A stretch of 64,000 nt of DNA. Source: Spirochaetia bacterium. Its GTDB lineage: Bacteria > Spirochaetota > Spirochaetia > SZUA-6 > Bin103. Where the stretch lies: the NCBI GenBank assembly GCA_965203055.1, contig OZ241863.1, positions 544,001 to 608,000 of the forward strand, given 5' to 3'. Made by a program: the position numbers and the translations under genes. Under the pieces are notes generated by a model. That model was not told where the DNA came from and searched no databases. It saw only the letters and a list, made by a program, of their open reading frames with translations. Below, one piece after another: positions 41,629 to 51,261 of the stretch (the stretch's first letter is position 1; every line of letters starts with the position of its first letter).

Positions 41629-42747
41629 TTACGTGGTTGGTTTCAACCCGGTCCGTGATTCGTTCCTGAACCAGTCATAGGTTGGATAGTGAATGGGGTT
41701 TCGAGGGTCGTTTGCTGCGTAGATCAGCATGGCGCGCAGCTCCCGCATGGTCCGATCGACGCGTGTTCGAAATGGTTCGGTGCGGCGGAGAAGTTCCTGA
41801 TTCAAGGCTTCATCTTCCCGGACTTCCGTAAGGTCCGCAGATTCGCTTCCGCGATAGCGGGCGCTGGGATCGGTCCGTATCTTCAACTTCGTAATGCGCA
41901 GGTGAACGGAACCGGCGCCGTGTGGTTTGGCGCCTCCCAGTTTGTGGCGCAACGGGCCGCGCAGAGTCACGCCTGCTTGATCGCTGGCGCGGCCGACGGC
42001 TGCCGCACTCAGCTCGACGGTACTCTGTTCTTCGAGTACCAGACAGTAGACGAGCAGGTCGAGTTCCTCCTCCCGCAGGTTCTCGAAATCCACGGTGAAG
42101 CGAAAACGGGTGCCCGGCGGTGCGGGTGTTACCGTCGCCGTCTGTCTTATATTCGGGTGCGGCCGCGTGAGCCGGTCCGCCTCGACGCGGTGATGATAGA
42201 GCTTACGCCGGTTATTTCTCGGATAGAAAGACTGGTGGGACCGTTTGGGCTGACCGACGGTAACAGGGTAAGCCGGCCACTGGACTGGCGCGAATGGCTC
42301 GGCCAGTTCGGCGTCGCTGAAGCGAACCAGTCCGGCAAAGGCGTTGCTGCCATCCAGATAGCCGAACATCCTGGCGACGACGTCGAGGCTCGAGTCGCGT
42401 CGCGCCATAGCCAGTTGATGCTGCCGGTCGACGCTCGCCTCACGGAACGGTACGGCGGCATTGCCTATGATTTCAGCCAGGGATCGGATGGCGCCTTTGA
42501 GAGACGTGGCCGGGAGATATGGCTGAGGGCCGCCGCGCCGGCCGCCGGCCGCGTTGCGTACTATATGGCTTACGAACTGCCCCTTACCGTCGCCGACGAA
42601 CAACGGCGTCAACGCTTCGAGTTCGCACCAGACACGGCCGGCGAGGCCATCAAGATGATGGTGATAGTGCGGAACGTCGTGCTCCACAGCTCGATCGCTG
42701 ACGGTGACCCAACGGTACGGATTCCAGAACCGTTCGCGTTCAGGCAT
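41629..42747 (-). CDS. type III-D terminal Cas7-group RAMP
   Basis: FWNPYRWV, LEALTPLFVG, PATSLKGAIRS, RKLYHH, LGGAKPHGAGSV. Confidence 0.85.
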   Translation of the reverse strand: MPERERFWNPYRWVTVSDRAVEHDVPHYHHHLDGLAGRVWCELEALTPLFVGDGKGQFVSHIVRNAAGGRRGGPQPYLPATSLKGAIRSLAEIIGNAAVPFREASVDRQHQLAMARRDSSLDVVARMFGYLDGSNAFAGLVRFSDAELAEPFAPVQWPAYPVTVGQPKRSHQSFYPRNNRRKLYHHRVEADRLTRPHPNIRQTATVTPAPPGTRFRFTVDFENLREEELDLLVYCLVLEEQSTVELSAAAVGRASDQAGVTLRGPLRHKLGGAKPHGAGSVHLRITKLKIRTDPSARYRGSESADLTEVREDEALNQELLRRTEPFRTRVDRTMRELRAMLIYAANDPRNPIHYPTYDWFRNESRTGLKPTT

Positions 42748-43336
42748 CGGGACCTCCGTCCGCGGGCTCCAGGTCGCACAGGCGCAGGAAATGCGGCTCG
42801 CCTACGTCGTCGCGCCACTGCTCGATGACCACCTTGACGTGGCGGCTGCCGCCGGCAATCGGATAGCGGAAGCGATGTGGAATACGCAACTCGATCCATT
42901 CGCCGGGGCTGGCTTCGGTTTGCTGTCCCCACAGGTAGTAGCGCTCCCGCTTCGGCTGCAGCCTGTCCAGGATGTCGGAACAGTCCGCCAGTGCACCGTC
43001 CGTCCAATTGGCGTCGCCGAGAAAGACGGTGCGCCAGCAGGTTTCGCCAAGCGACGCAATGACGCGCCAGCGCAATTCGCCGTCGGGCGCGAACAGTCTC
43101 CCCGCCGTGGAGCGGGACAGGCAACCGCCCGTTCGTTCTGCGATCGGCTCGCGGCCGGCGCCGCACCAATGGAGATCGCGTTCGACGCCGCGCCACCAGT
43201 CGAACGCCCAGCCATCGGCCGCCTCCAGCCAGATGCGGCGCGAAGCCGTGCCGTTGGGCGGCGGATCGAGATTCGTAATGAGATCCAGAAATCCGTTGCG
43301 CGTCAGGTCAGCCGCTCTCAAGCAAGCCACGGTCAT
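42740..43336 (-). CDS. csx19: Csx19
   Basis: RLFAPDGELRWR, YYLWGQ, ELRIP..FRYP, RLCDLE; position in a III-D operon. Confidence 0.75.
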   Translation of the reverse strand: MTVACLRAADLTRNGFLDLITNLDPPPNGTASRRIWLEAADGWAFDWWRGVERDLHWCGAGREPIAERTGGCLSRSTAGRLFAPDGELRWRVIASLGETCWRTVFLGDANWTDGALADCSDILDRLQPKRERYYLWGQQTEASPGEWIELRIPHRFRYPIAGGSRHVKVVIEQWRDDVGEPHFLRLCDLEPADGGPDA

Positions 43337-44301
43337 GCTCCCGCCCGCTGTCGAGGTTGCCGGTTGGGCGCCTGCCCTCCAGGTCCTCCGTGCCAGCGCA
43401 GGAATGCTTCGAACGCCGGCGTCAGTGACTGCAATCGCACGGACCAGTCGTCCAGAACGTACTCCTGGCGCAGACCGCGCGGCGCCGCCGCCGGCAACGC
43501 AACCGGATCCGCCGGCGTCCAGTCGTGCAGGCGGTATGCCTCCCGCTCCCCGGTCGTCGCCAGTTGCCCGATGCCGGCCAACGACTGCGCGGGATGCAGA
43601 TAGGCCAGCCGGAAAGACGCCACTTTGGCGCGTACTCGCCCCATGCCTCGGCTGCGCCCCGATCCCACGGCGATCATCTCGTCCTTCAGATCGGCGAGCA
43701 GCAGGTTGAGCCCCGCCAGTTGCCAGAGCTCGAAGTTGGTCAGCCGAATGCGCGCCTCGAACTTGCCCCCGACCACCGCCTGCAGGTCGAACAACACGCC
43801 TTTCACGGTGCCTCCCGTGAAGCGGTCTATGCCCACGCCGTTGCGAGACTCGGGCGTTGGAGCGCAGCCCGGCAGCGGGTACGCATCGCCGATGCTGAAC
43901 CGGCCCGCGAACTTCAACGAACCGAACAGGCGGCACGCTGCGCACGAGTCGGCGTACCTGGCGGACGCAGGATCAGCTTCCTCGCCGCGGGAACGATACC
44001 CGCAGCCGTAAGACTCTTTCTCGTCATCGACCGGAATCGAGATGTCGTTTCGCTTCGGGTCGTAGTATGGCAGGCAGACGCTCCCCGGCTGCAGAGTGCG
44101 GGCGATGCGCTCGAAGTGACTGCGCAGGACGCCTTTGAGCGACGAACCCGGTAGATAATAGACGCTCTCGCCGTTCAGAAAGGTCACGACCGGCACCATG
44201 TCGGCGTCACCGAGCGTCGCGTAGCCGCTCTTGACCAGTACCGGATCCACGGGTTCGATCTCAATCGTCACGTCTGCTTGGCACAGCCACTTTCGCAGCA
44301 T
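43333..44301 (-). CDS. csm3: Cas7-group RAMP (Csm3-like)
   Basis: PGSSLKGVLRS, CAACRLFGS, GIDRFTG, GSGRSRGMG. Confidence 0.85.
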   Translation of the reverse strand: MLRKWLCQADVTIEIEPVDPVLVKSGYATLGDADMVPVVTFLNGESVYYLPGSSLKGVLRSHFERIARTLQPGSVCLPYYDPKRNDISIPVDDEKESYGCGYRSRGEEADPASARYADSCAACRLFGSLKFAGRFSIGDAYPLPGCAPTPESRNGVGIDRFTGGTVKGVLFDLQAVVGGKFEARIRLTNFELWQLAGLNLLLADLKDEMIAVGSGRSRGMGRVRAKVASFRLAYLHPAQSLAGIGQLATTGEREAYRLHDWTPADPVALPAAAPRGLRQEYVLDDWSVRLQSLTPAFEAFLRWHGGPGGQAPNRQPRQRAGA

Positions 44302-44302
44302 G

Positions 44303-45130
44303 TCACTCCTCCTCCGGCGCCAGTCGCAGGCGGCGCTGAATATGATCGCCAAAGAAGCCTTCCCAATCGCCCAGGTCACTTAGGCGGTCGTCCGACGTGG
44401 TCGACGTCAGAAACGTGACCCGCTGCTCCGGGTCACTCAGATCGACCCCCAGCAGCTTGATTTCTTCTTCCAGATGGAACCGCCCGAGGCCGCGGCTGGT
44501 AAAGCCGCCGATGCTGCTACCCGAGCGCCACTCAAACAGCGCGGCGCCGAGCAGGGCCAAGTCCCGGTCATGCGGATTGTCGAGATCGATGCGCAGCTTG
44601 AAGCGGCTGCCGGGAGGAACCACCTCGTAATCGTACTTGAGGCCATCGGCCGCGGTCTGGCTGTCGCGATCGATCACCACTCCGTCACGCACCTGCACCA
44701 CGTTGGCCCACTCCTTCAGCATGCCGTCGCTCACCCGCAGGCGGCCGGCCTGGACCGGCGACCCGAACAGCTTGCACACATCGCAAGTGTGATCGTCGAT
44801 CCACCGCAGCCGCCCTTCCAGATCCTGAGACGCCTTTCGATATTCGTCACGCGCCTTCTGGTAGTATTTGACGTCACTCGTACAGTTCACGCCGCTTGCC
44901 TGATGGTCCAGCAGACAGGCGCTCAGGCCCAAGGCGTGCGCCAGCGTCTCGCAGGTGCTCCGCAGCCTCCCCTTGAGCGAAGACCCGGGCAGGACGGGCT
45001 GGCCGGCAGGGTCCAACACGACGCCCAGGTCGCTGCTCTCTCCCTCTCTGCCCGATCCGATCCGCCACGCCGTCTCGAACACCAAGTAGGCGGTGACACT
45101 GATCTTACGGCGCAACGCGAAGTCTCTCAT
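44303..45130 (-). CDS. csm3: Cas7-group RAMP (Csm3/Csx7-like)
   Basis: RIGSG..SD, PGSSLKGRLRS, CDVCKLFGS, IGGFTSRGLG. Confidence 0.85.
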   Translation of the reverse strand: MRDFALRRKISVTAYLVFETAWRIGSGREGESSDLGVVLDPAGQPVLPGSSLKGRLRSTCETLAHALGLSACLLDHQASGVNCTSDVKYYQKARDEYRKASQDLEGRLRWIDDHTCDVCKLFGSPVQAGRLRVSDGMLKEWANVVQVRDGVVIDRDSQTAADGLKYDYEVVPPGSRFKLRIDLDNPHDRDLALLGAALFEWRSGSSIGGFTSRGLGRFHLEEEIKLLGVDLSDPEQRVTFLTSTTSDDRLSDLGDWEGFFGDHIQRRLRLAPEEE

Positions 45131-45551
45131 ATTCCTCGACCCCCAACCGGTACAAGGCGTGCGTACAGAAGCGTTCGAAAAACGCCGGGATGTGAGTCTG
45201 TTCCCACGCCTCCCGCCGCTTGCGTTGGCGGCGCCTGGTCTCCGTACGAAGTTCAGGCGGTGCGTGCTTGTCCCCTTCCACACGGACGGACCACCCGTTA
45301 CGCGAATCGCAGAGTCTTTCCACTAGTTGCCAGAATTGGACTTCTGACTGCTTGTTCTTTCGTTCTGCCCGAGTACGCTGACGTTCGGCGAAGTTCTTGA
45401 CTTGCTCCGGTTGCTGACGAGCAATCTGCCGCAGACCGTAGATCTGCGCTGTTTTCACGGGGAACTTTCGGATCTCGCCAAGCAGCGTATCGAGTTGCTG
45501 ACGAGCCTGGTCGCGGTAAACAGTATCGGACAGCAGATCGACTATTGTCAT
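45105..45551 (-). CDS. putative small subunit (Cas11-like) 2
   Basis: 148 aa, helical, TAQIYGLRQIA; in operon. Confidence 0.6.
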   Translation of the reverse strand: MTIVDLLSDTVYRDQARQQLDTLLGEIRKFPVKTAQIYGLRQIARQQPEQVKNFAERQRTRAERKNKQSEVQFWQLVERLCDSRNGWSVRVEGDKHAPPELRTETRRRQRKRREAWEQTHIPAFFERFCTHALYRLGVEEYERLRVAP

Positions 45552-45958
45552 GCGCCGGCCTCCATCCGCTGCAATGCGAGTCGGTACAGGTATTCGCCGA
45601 CGACAGCCTGTACCCAGCCGCGGGCAAGCCGGAGGCGCAAAGCCATTCGGTCATATTCGTCCCCCGTAAGGTCCTGACTGAGCTTGCGCAACCGCGCAAG
45701 CTGCTTCAGCACGTCGTTACCGAGCGCCATCCACTTCTTGTCTCCCTTGCCCATCTGGTTCTTGACGAAGTCCTCGATGTCGGCGAACCGGGTGGCGGAG
45801 CAGGCGATCTGCTGCAGGTTGCGTACCTGCGTGCTGATCTTCCCCTTGTCCGAGCCGAATTCGTCAAAGAATCGCCTGCCAAGAGAGGAGAACTTCTCGT
45901 GGTTCTCGTCAAGGTAGCAGTCAACCTTGCCGATCAGGTCGGCGTTCAAGACGTGCAC
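45548..45958 (-). CDS. putative small subunit (Cas11/Csm2-like) 1
   Basis: STQVRNLQQIA...FVKNQMGK..W; in operon. Confidence 0.65.
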   Translation of the reverse strand: MHVLNADLIGKVDCYLDENHEKFSSLGRRFFDEFGSDKGKISTQVRNLQQIACSATRFADIEDFVKNQMGKGDKKWMALGNDVLKQLARLRKLSQDLTGDEYDRMALRLRLARGWVQAVVGEYLYRLALQRMEAGA

Positions 45959-47184
45959 GGCTGCGCCTCCTGCATGGAAAATCGACGGTGGAACTCATCG
46001 GACACCGACACTACGCCGAAACCCTCGTTGCGCCGCAAGCCGATGCCGTCCTCGACCAGCGCCGCGAGCCGCGGGATAAACGCGTCGCGTTGGCTTGGCG
46101 CGCCCTCGAATCGATAGACGTAGGCCGCGCCGCGCGCGACCGCCCACTCGTCCTGACGCGGCAGACCGTGAGCCGCGTTCCAGCCGCGGAGGCGCTCGTG
46201 CCGGGTGACCGCGGCGATCCAGCGTACCGTACCGCCAGAATCGAGGAGCCGGACCGCCCGATTCCGTAGCGGGAACGCAGTCGAGACAGGGGACATGTGC
46301 GGCAGCCATCCAACCATGTCCGCCGGGTCCAGGGAATAACGCAGAAACCGATCCACCATCACGGCGCCGGTCGGAAGTGAAATCGCGAAGAAGAAGCCGT
46401 CCGCCAAGTTCGTAATGGATAGCTTCCGCAGAAAGTTGCTCAGGTCGGCGTTCCATCGAACCCACCGATCGGCCTGCGAGCGCAGGTTCTCCGGCGCCGC
46501 CGGCTCTCCGAGCGTCACGTGCACGTCTCCGTAGCCGCGCGTGCGGGCATGGCCGACGGAAATGCGGCCCGCTTCATCCTGCAGGAGCCGCCGCAACGTG
46601 TCGAGCGCGTCGTCATCAGCCCGGAGCCAACCATGGAGATCGGCATCGTTTCCGGAGGGCGCCAGCGCTTCCAGGGTGTAGAAGATGGAGTCCGCGGCGG
46701 TGCCGGTCCGGCGGTCGATGCCCACGTGAGAGGCGACCTGCAGAGTGCTCGCCTTCTTACAAACGCGGCCGGACTCGTCGCGCCAGAAACCATCCTCCGC
46801 CTTCAAGTCCGCATCGCACTGCGCGCACTGCTGCCAGGCTTCCGCGCCGCCGGCCATCCGGCCCGCCGAGTAGTGTTGCGCGACGCGGAACCAGAGCAGG
46901 TCCACCAGGGCATGCTCAAGCCGTTCGTGCTTGCAGGAAGCCGCGGTCAGCGGGAATACCTGCGGAGCGGGGTCCAGCGGTCCGAAGCGGCAGGCGGCAT
47001 CGTTAAGAAACACCCGTTCGAAGGTCTCGTCAGTCCGCCCATGGCGCTGCAGGTAGAGCGATGCGAAGGCCCCGCGCACGAGAGTGCCCGCCACCGACCG
47101 GGCACTCCCAGAGCGTTCGGACTGCCGATCGCGCCTGATCGCCAACGGGGCAAGCAACCGCGCGGTGACAGAGACGATTTTCAT
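45946..47184 (-). CDS. csx10: Csx10 (Cas5/Cas7-like RAMP)
   Basis: GTLVRGA, GIDRRTG, GHARTRGYG, RGWN..GLPR, GIGLRRNEGFG. Confidence 0.85.
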   Translation of the reverse strand: MKIVSVTARLLAPLAIRRDRQSERSGSARSVAGTLVRGAFASLYLQRHGRTDETFERVFLNDAACRFGPLDPAPQVFPLTAASCKHERLEHALVDLLWFRVAQHYSAGRMAGGAEAWQQCAQCDADLKAEDGFWRDESGRVCKKASTLQVASHVGIDRRTGTAADSIFYTLEALAPSGNDADLHGWLRADDDALDTLRRLLQDEAGRISVGHARTRGYGDVHVTLGEPAAPENLRSQADRWVRWNADLSNFLRKLSITNLADGFFFAISLPTGAVMVDRFLRYSLDPADMVGWLPHMSPVSTAFPLRNRAVRLLDSGGTVRWIAAVTRHERLRGWNAAHGLPRQDEWAVARGAAYVYRFEGAPSQRDAFIPRLAALVEDGIGLRRNEGFGVVSVSDEFHRRFSMQEAQPCTS

Positions 47185-47924
47185 GCCATGTCTCCGCGCA
47201 GCTCGTCGATCCACTTGGCCCATTCGCCTCTCCATCTCGCGAAGCTGGTGAGGGAATACTCCGGGGTCTCGGTGGCGCCGTTCCAACGCAGTGACTCGAT
47301 ACGTACCTCGCACCTACCCAAACCGGTGCTCTTGTCGCCGCCCAGAGTATCCAGCGACAGCAGCCCAGCCACCAGAAGCGCATACTCGTAAGGGAACTCA
47401 TCATCGTCTTCTTGCGTCAGAACACCGCCGGGATGCCGGGCGCGGATGGCGCCTTGCAATTCGACATCCGCTTCGACCAGTTCCGTGGTAAACAAGTGTC
47501 GTTCCATGACCGTACCGGTGACACGATCGATGGCGGTGCGCGCGGCCACGGCCGGCGTTCCCTTCTCCGCCTTGCTTGGCACGGCGTTGGTCATGAACAC
47601 GCACTCACCTTGGTAGCGGCTGCCGAACAGTCGGTCGATCAGCAGCTTGGACTTGGCCAGTGGCCGGAAATGTTCCACGAGGCTCCGGTCGCCTTCTCCG
47701 GCGCCTGCATGCGGATCGACCGCTTCGAGGCCGAGCGCCAAGGCAAGCCGCTCGCACTGATGCCGCAGCACGCCCTTGACTTGCGAGCCCGGCACGAAAG
47801 GCGCTCCCGCTCCGCCGAGTCGCTGCTGCAAACGATCCACTGCGGCCGACCCGTAGCCGCTGCCGACGTGCCAGCGTCCGTTCCATGCGATGCGGTAACC
47901 GATGTCCAAGCGCTGCGGTTTCAA
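47181..47924 (-). CDS. csm3: Csm3 (Cas7) RAMP
   Basis: HVGSG...D, PGSQVKGVLR, IDRVTG, LGGDKSTGLG. Confidence 0.88.
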   Translation of the reverse strand: MKPQRLDIGYRIAWNGRWHVGSGYGSAAVDRLQQRLGGAGAPFVPGSQVKGVLRHQCERLALALGLEAVDPHAGAGEGDRSLVEHFRPLAKSKLLIDRLFGSRYQGECVFMTNAVPSKAEKGTPAVAARTAIDRVTGTVMERHLFTTELVEADVELQGAIRARHPGGVLTQEDDDEFPYEYALLVAGLLSLDTLGGDKSTGLGRCEVRIESLRWNGATETPEYSLTSFARWRGEWAKWIDELRGDMA

Positions 47925-49585
47925 CGTCCGCTCTCCTCCTGAGTATCCGGAAACAGATCATAGGCATCTACGATGTCGGCCACGCACAGCGACCGTCGGT
48001 TGCCGGACTGAAACCACGGAAAGCAGACCTCATGGCCGGCGGGCTGCAGACGTTTCACGGCGTTCCACAGGGCACGGCGTTGCGACGGTTCGGCGCCATG
48101 CCGGGCGCGGGCGAAGATTTCCCGGATGCGGCGTTCCGCATGCTGCTCCCGGGCGGTGAGGGCAGCGTCCAGGAGCTCGTGCAGCTTGCTGCGCGGAAAG
48201 CTGGCCCGGCGTAACTCCCGGACCGCGGCGCGCACCTCCTGCAACTTCAATCGCGTCAGTGGTCGCAGTGTTCTCGGCGCTTTGTCGGTGTGATAGGTAC
48301 CCCTTCTTACGTCCTGGAGATCGAGGCTGTTGGCTCCGGCTACGACGTGAAAATCGATGCGGGCGGTGTCACGCTTCCCGTTCATGGCGTTTGGGCTGCG
48401 CTTGGCATTCTGCAGCAAGGCCGTGGCCAGGTCCAAAGCCAGGTAGAACGGATACGTGCTCCGGACGATGGCAACGCCGCAGGAAATCGTGAAGCCGTTG
48501 TCGCCCCGGTGCTCCCGGAAGAAGCGCCGGGCGCCGTCATCCGGCACGGCTTCGATTTTTGCGCGAGTGAGCCGCTCGAACTCCGCGGTGACGTGGCATG
48601 CGAAGTCGAGGGCGCGGTCGGCCGGCAGGGCGACCAGCAGATCATCGCCGCCAAGCAGCAGGACGTCGGCCGGCAGCGGAGGCGGCTGGCGGCCCCGATC
48701 GATGGTGTCTCGGATACGCTTGACATCGGTGCTCATAACCGCATCGAGGCCGGAGAAACACGCCTCCCGGATGCTCTCGTCGACGACCTTGCTGAAGTGC
48801 CGGCACGTCTCCGAGCTGTCCAGCGCCTGCACGACCTTGCCCATCGCGTTCCCGTCGGCGTACACCACACCGACGTAGTTGCGCCATGACGACCGGTCGC
48901 CGATAGCCGTCATGTCCGCGCACCGCAGAGCATGCCATTCCTCCTGCGGAGGCCATGGGCCGGCGCTTGCCAGATGTTCCATCCACTTGGACCAGACCGC
49001 CCCGGCGCGCGATTCCCGCCCTTCGCACGCCTTCCGATGGCTCGCCTCGGACAACATGGCGGCCCCTTCCGCGCCATGGTCCGTGAAGCGCGCCGCCGGC
49101 AGATGCGAGGCGGACCGACACTCCATGATCGCGGGCAGGGTGGAGGCGCCGTAACGACCGCCGCCAAACCCCCGGCGGCAGCGCAACTGGAAGTGGGCCC
49201 GGTCCACCGCGCAGCGGTACCCGCCGTCCGGCAGTGGCGCGATGCCGTAGGCCGGCCGCACCTCGCCCCCGGTCCGGTCACGGACGTAGCGCACCATGCG
49301 CCGGCAGGCGGACTCCACCGTGTCGGCGTCGCACTGCCGCACGATGAACTGCGCCGAACCGCCATTGGCATAGATCGTCTCCAGGGCCGCGGTTTCGAGG
49401 TGCTCATCGAGCACCCGCTCCATTTCGTGTCGATTCAACCGATCCAGCCAGGCGCTGGCCCCGCGCACCTCATTCAATCGATCCGTGCCGAACACGTAAC
49501 TCTTGATCGACGGGACATCGATCTGAACCAGGAATGTCCCGGTCTTTCCGGGATCACCGGCTTGGTTCACGGCTTCTCTCGACAT
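47921..49585 (-). CDS. cas10: Cas10 with intact Palm GGDD and no N-terminal HD domain
   Basis: IDVPSIKSYVF, YANGG, YADGNAMG, LLGGDDLL, ISCGVAI; start uncertain (49585 or 49627). Confidence 0.9.
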   Translation of the reverse strand: MSREAVNQAGDPGKTGTFLVQIDVPSIKSYVFGTDRLNEVRGASAWLDRLNRHEMERVLDEHLETAALETIYANGGSAQFIVRQCDADTVESACRRMVRYVRDRTGGEVRPAYGIAPLPDGGYRCAVDRAHFQLRCRRGFGGGRYGASTLPAIMECRSASHLPAARFTDHGAEGAAMLSEASHRKACEGRESRAGAVWSKWMEHLASAGPWPPQEEWHALRCADMTAIGDRSSWRNYVGVVYADGNAMGKVVQALDSSETCRHFSKVVDESIREACFSGLDAVMSTDVKRIRDTIDRGRQPPPLPADVLLLGGDDLLVALPADRALDFACHVTAEFERLTRAKIEAVPDDGARRFFREHRGDNGFTISCGVAIVRSTYPFYLALDLATALLQNAKRSPNAMNGKRDTARIDFHVVAGANSLDLQDVRRGTYHTDKAPRTLRPLTRLKLQEVRAAVRELRRASFPRSKLHELLDAALTAREQHAERRIREIFARARHGAEPSQRRALWNAVKRLQPAGHEVCFPWFQSGNRRSLCVADIVDAYDLFPDTQEESGR

Positions 49586-49669
49586 AGCATGGCAGTTCGA
49601 TCCAGCGACTCGATCATACCGCCACACTCCACAAGGTGCAACGCCGTCATCTGCGTGATCTTCCCTGCG

Positions 49670-50896
49670 TCAGTCAGCAAGGCAGATTCTGAAAGCATCG
49701 TCCAGGGCGTCCCGTAGCCGACCGGGATCATCGAGTATTCCGCGGGACCTCCGTTGCGGACGGGTCGTGTGCGCAAGGGAGTTGCGGATGTGTTGGAGAT
49801 TCAGGTGGGCGAGCTGCCGCTCGCCGGCGCAGTTGGTTGTCAGCTCTATCGTGGCCGCCTTTCGAAGTTCTTCATCATATCGATATTGGTCGACAGGCCT
49901 TCCGTTACTCTGATTCTGACACCACCGGTTGATGCAGGCTTCCCAGCCCAACATCGCCGCGCGCACGAAGTCGTGGCGGTTCAGGTATTGGTAAGCGAGC
50001 TCCCGCTGCCGTTGCCACGGCTGGCCTTGTTTCACCCACCGCAGCCGCTTCTCCAACTCCTCCTTGAACAGACCGGACGCTCCACCGAGCGGTGCGGCGC
50101 GCTCCGACAGATAGGACAGGAACGTGCGCACTCTGTTCTCGGCGGCAGGCACGTTGAGAATGCGTTCGTAGAACGACGCGTTCGTCAGGCACCTGGCCTT
50201 ATCATACGGCACGCCGTCTGCGACGAGCAGCGGTTCGAACATCCCCAGGTCCCCGGTCGCGTCATACCGTTCCAGCGCCGCCACCCAACGCCTGACGCGG
50301 ACCAGTCCATCCAGCTTGAGCACCGGCGTGATTCCTTCCCGCGTCATGTCCACAGCGCCGTACCACAGGTCCTTGACCTCGAGACTACGGACGCGCTCCA
50401 GCATGAAGGCCGACAGGAAACCCACCATGGCGAGATGGCGGAACCCGTGCGTAAGGTCGAAACTCACGGTGCCGTCCGGTACCACCTTCGGATCGGCGAT
50501 GGTGGCAAGGATGCCGTACTGCTCACCAAGAGACTCCCCGTACGGTATGAGACGCGGTAGTACGTCGCAACGAGTCCGCTCTTTCATGAGCGGCGTTACG
50601 CGGTCAAGGAGGTCCTGGTCGACGGCAGACTTGGGCTCGGCCTCCAGCAGCTCGATACGCGCTTCCTCGTACTCGTCGCCCTCCTGCGTCGCCACGTGCT
50701 CGACCAATGCGCCCCACTGACTGCCGCGCGTGCCAAGTATCACGATCGCATCCGGCTGCAGATGCTCTGCCAACGCCAGTCCGAAGAACTCGGTTTCCTT
50801 CGTGGTTCCGTCGGGAAACAGATAGTTGGCCTTGCGATATGGCGTTTCCTTTGTATCCCTGCCTCGCCCAAGGAACGTTACCACCGTGTGCTTCAT
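49670..50896 (-). CDS. csx1: Csx1/TM1812-type CARF-HEPN ribonuclease
   Basis: TFLGRG, LGTRGSQW, FDLTHGFRH CARF motif; HEPN RNSLAH. Confidence 0.88.
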   Translation of the reverse strand: MKHTVVTFLGRGRDTKETPYRKANYLFPDGTTKETEFFGLALAEHLQPDAIVILGTRGSQWGALVEHVATQEGDEYEEARIELLEAEPKSAVDQDLLDRVTPLMKERTRCDVLPRLIPYGESLGEQYGILATIADPKVVPDGTVSFDLTHGFRHLAMVGFLSAFMLERVRSLEVKDLWYGAVDMTREGITPVLKLDGLVRVRRWVAALERYDATGDLGMFEPLLVADGVPYDKARCLTNASFYERILNVPAAENRVRTFLSYLSERAAPLGGASGLFKEELEKRLRWVKQGQPWQRQRELAYQYLNRHDFVRAAMLGWEACINRWCQNQSNGRPVDQYRYDEELRKAATIELTTNCAGERQLAHLNLQHIRNSLAHTTRPQRRSRGILDDPGRLRDALDDAFRICLAD

Positions 50897-50964
50897 TGCG
50901 CCCTCCAATGTGGGTTTGAGTCCGTCCCGCCTGTTTGGACTTCGACGGTAGCACGATAATTCTA

Positions 50965-50980
50965 AGCAATTTCCGTGCCA
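50965..50980 (-). promoter_or_regulatory. sigma54 -24/-12 promoter of the csx1-cas10 operon
   Basis: TGGCACG-GAAA-TTGCT on the minus strand, ~70 bp before the csx1 ATG. Confidence 0.85.
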
Positions 50981-51002
50981 TCGTCGAGAGTCTACCGGCG
51001 AA

Positions 51003-51047
51003 GCCTGCACAGAACAGCGGAGTCGCCACTCGGTAGGTCGCTTTCAT
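51003..51047 (-). pseudogene. 5' stub resembling cmr1
   Basis: MKATYRVATPLFCAG. Confidence 0.5.
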
Positions 51048-51261
51048 GGCCGCGCGCTCGCCACCGCCGGATCAGCGTGCCCGACCTTTACCATAGGCCG
51101 ACTCGCCCTGGATTGCAACGGGTGTCGCAATAAATCTTCCATTCATGTAACGTATGTTACGATCACGGCCAACCTGTTCCGGCCACTGAGCAATGGCACG
51201 GCTGCAGGCTCTTCATGCGGTGCCGCCGGCGTGGCTGCGGAATTGGGAAAGGAGGACGACG

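Noticed and set aside
51194..51210. TGGCACG upstream of the regulator as a third sigma54 promoter
   Set aside because: The downstream GC is one base too far and lacks the preceding TT; sigma54 spacing is strict.
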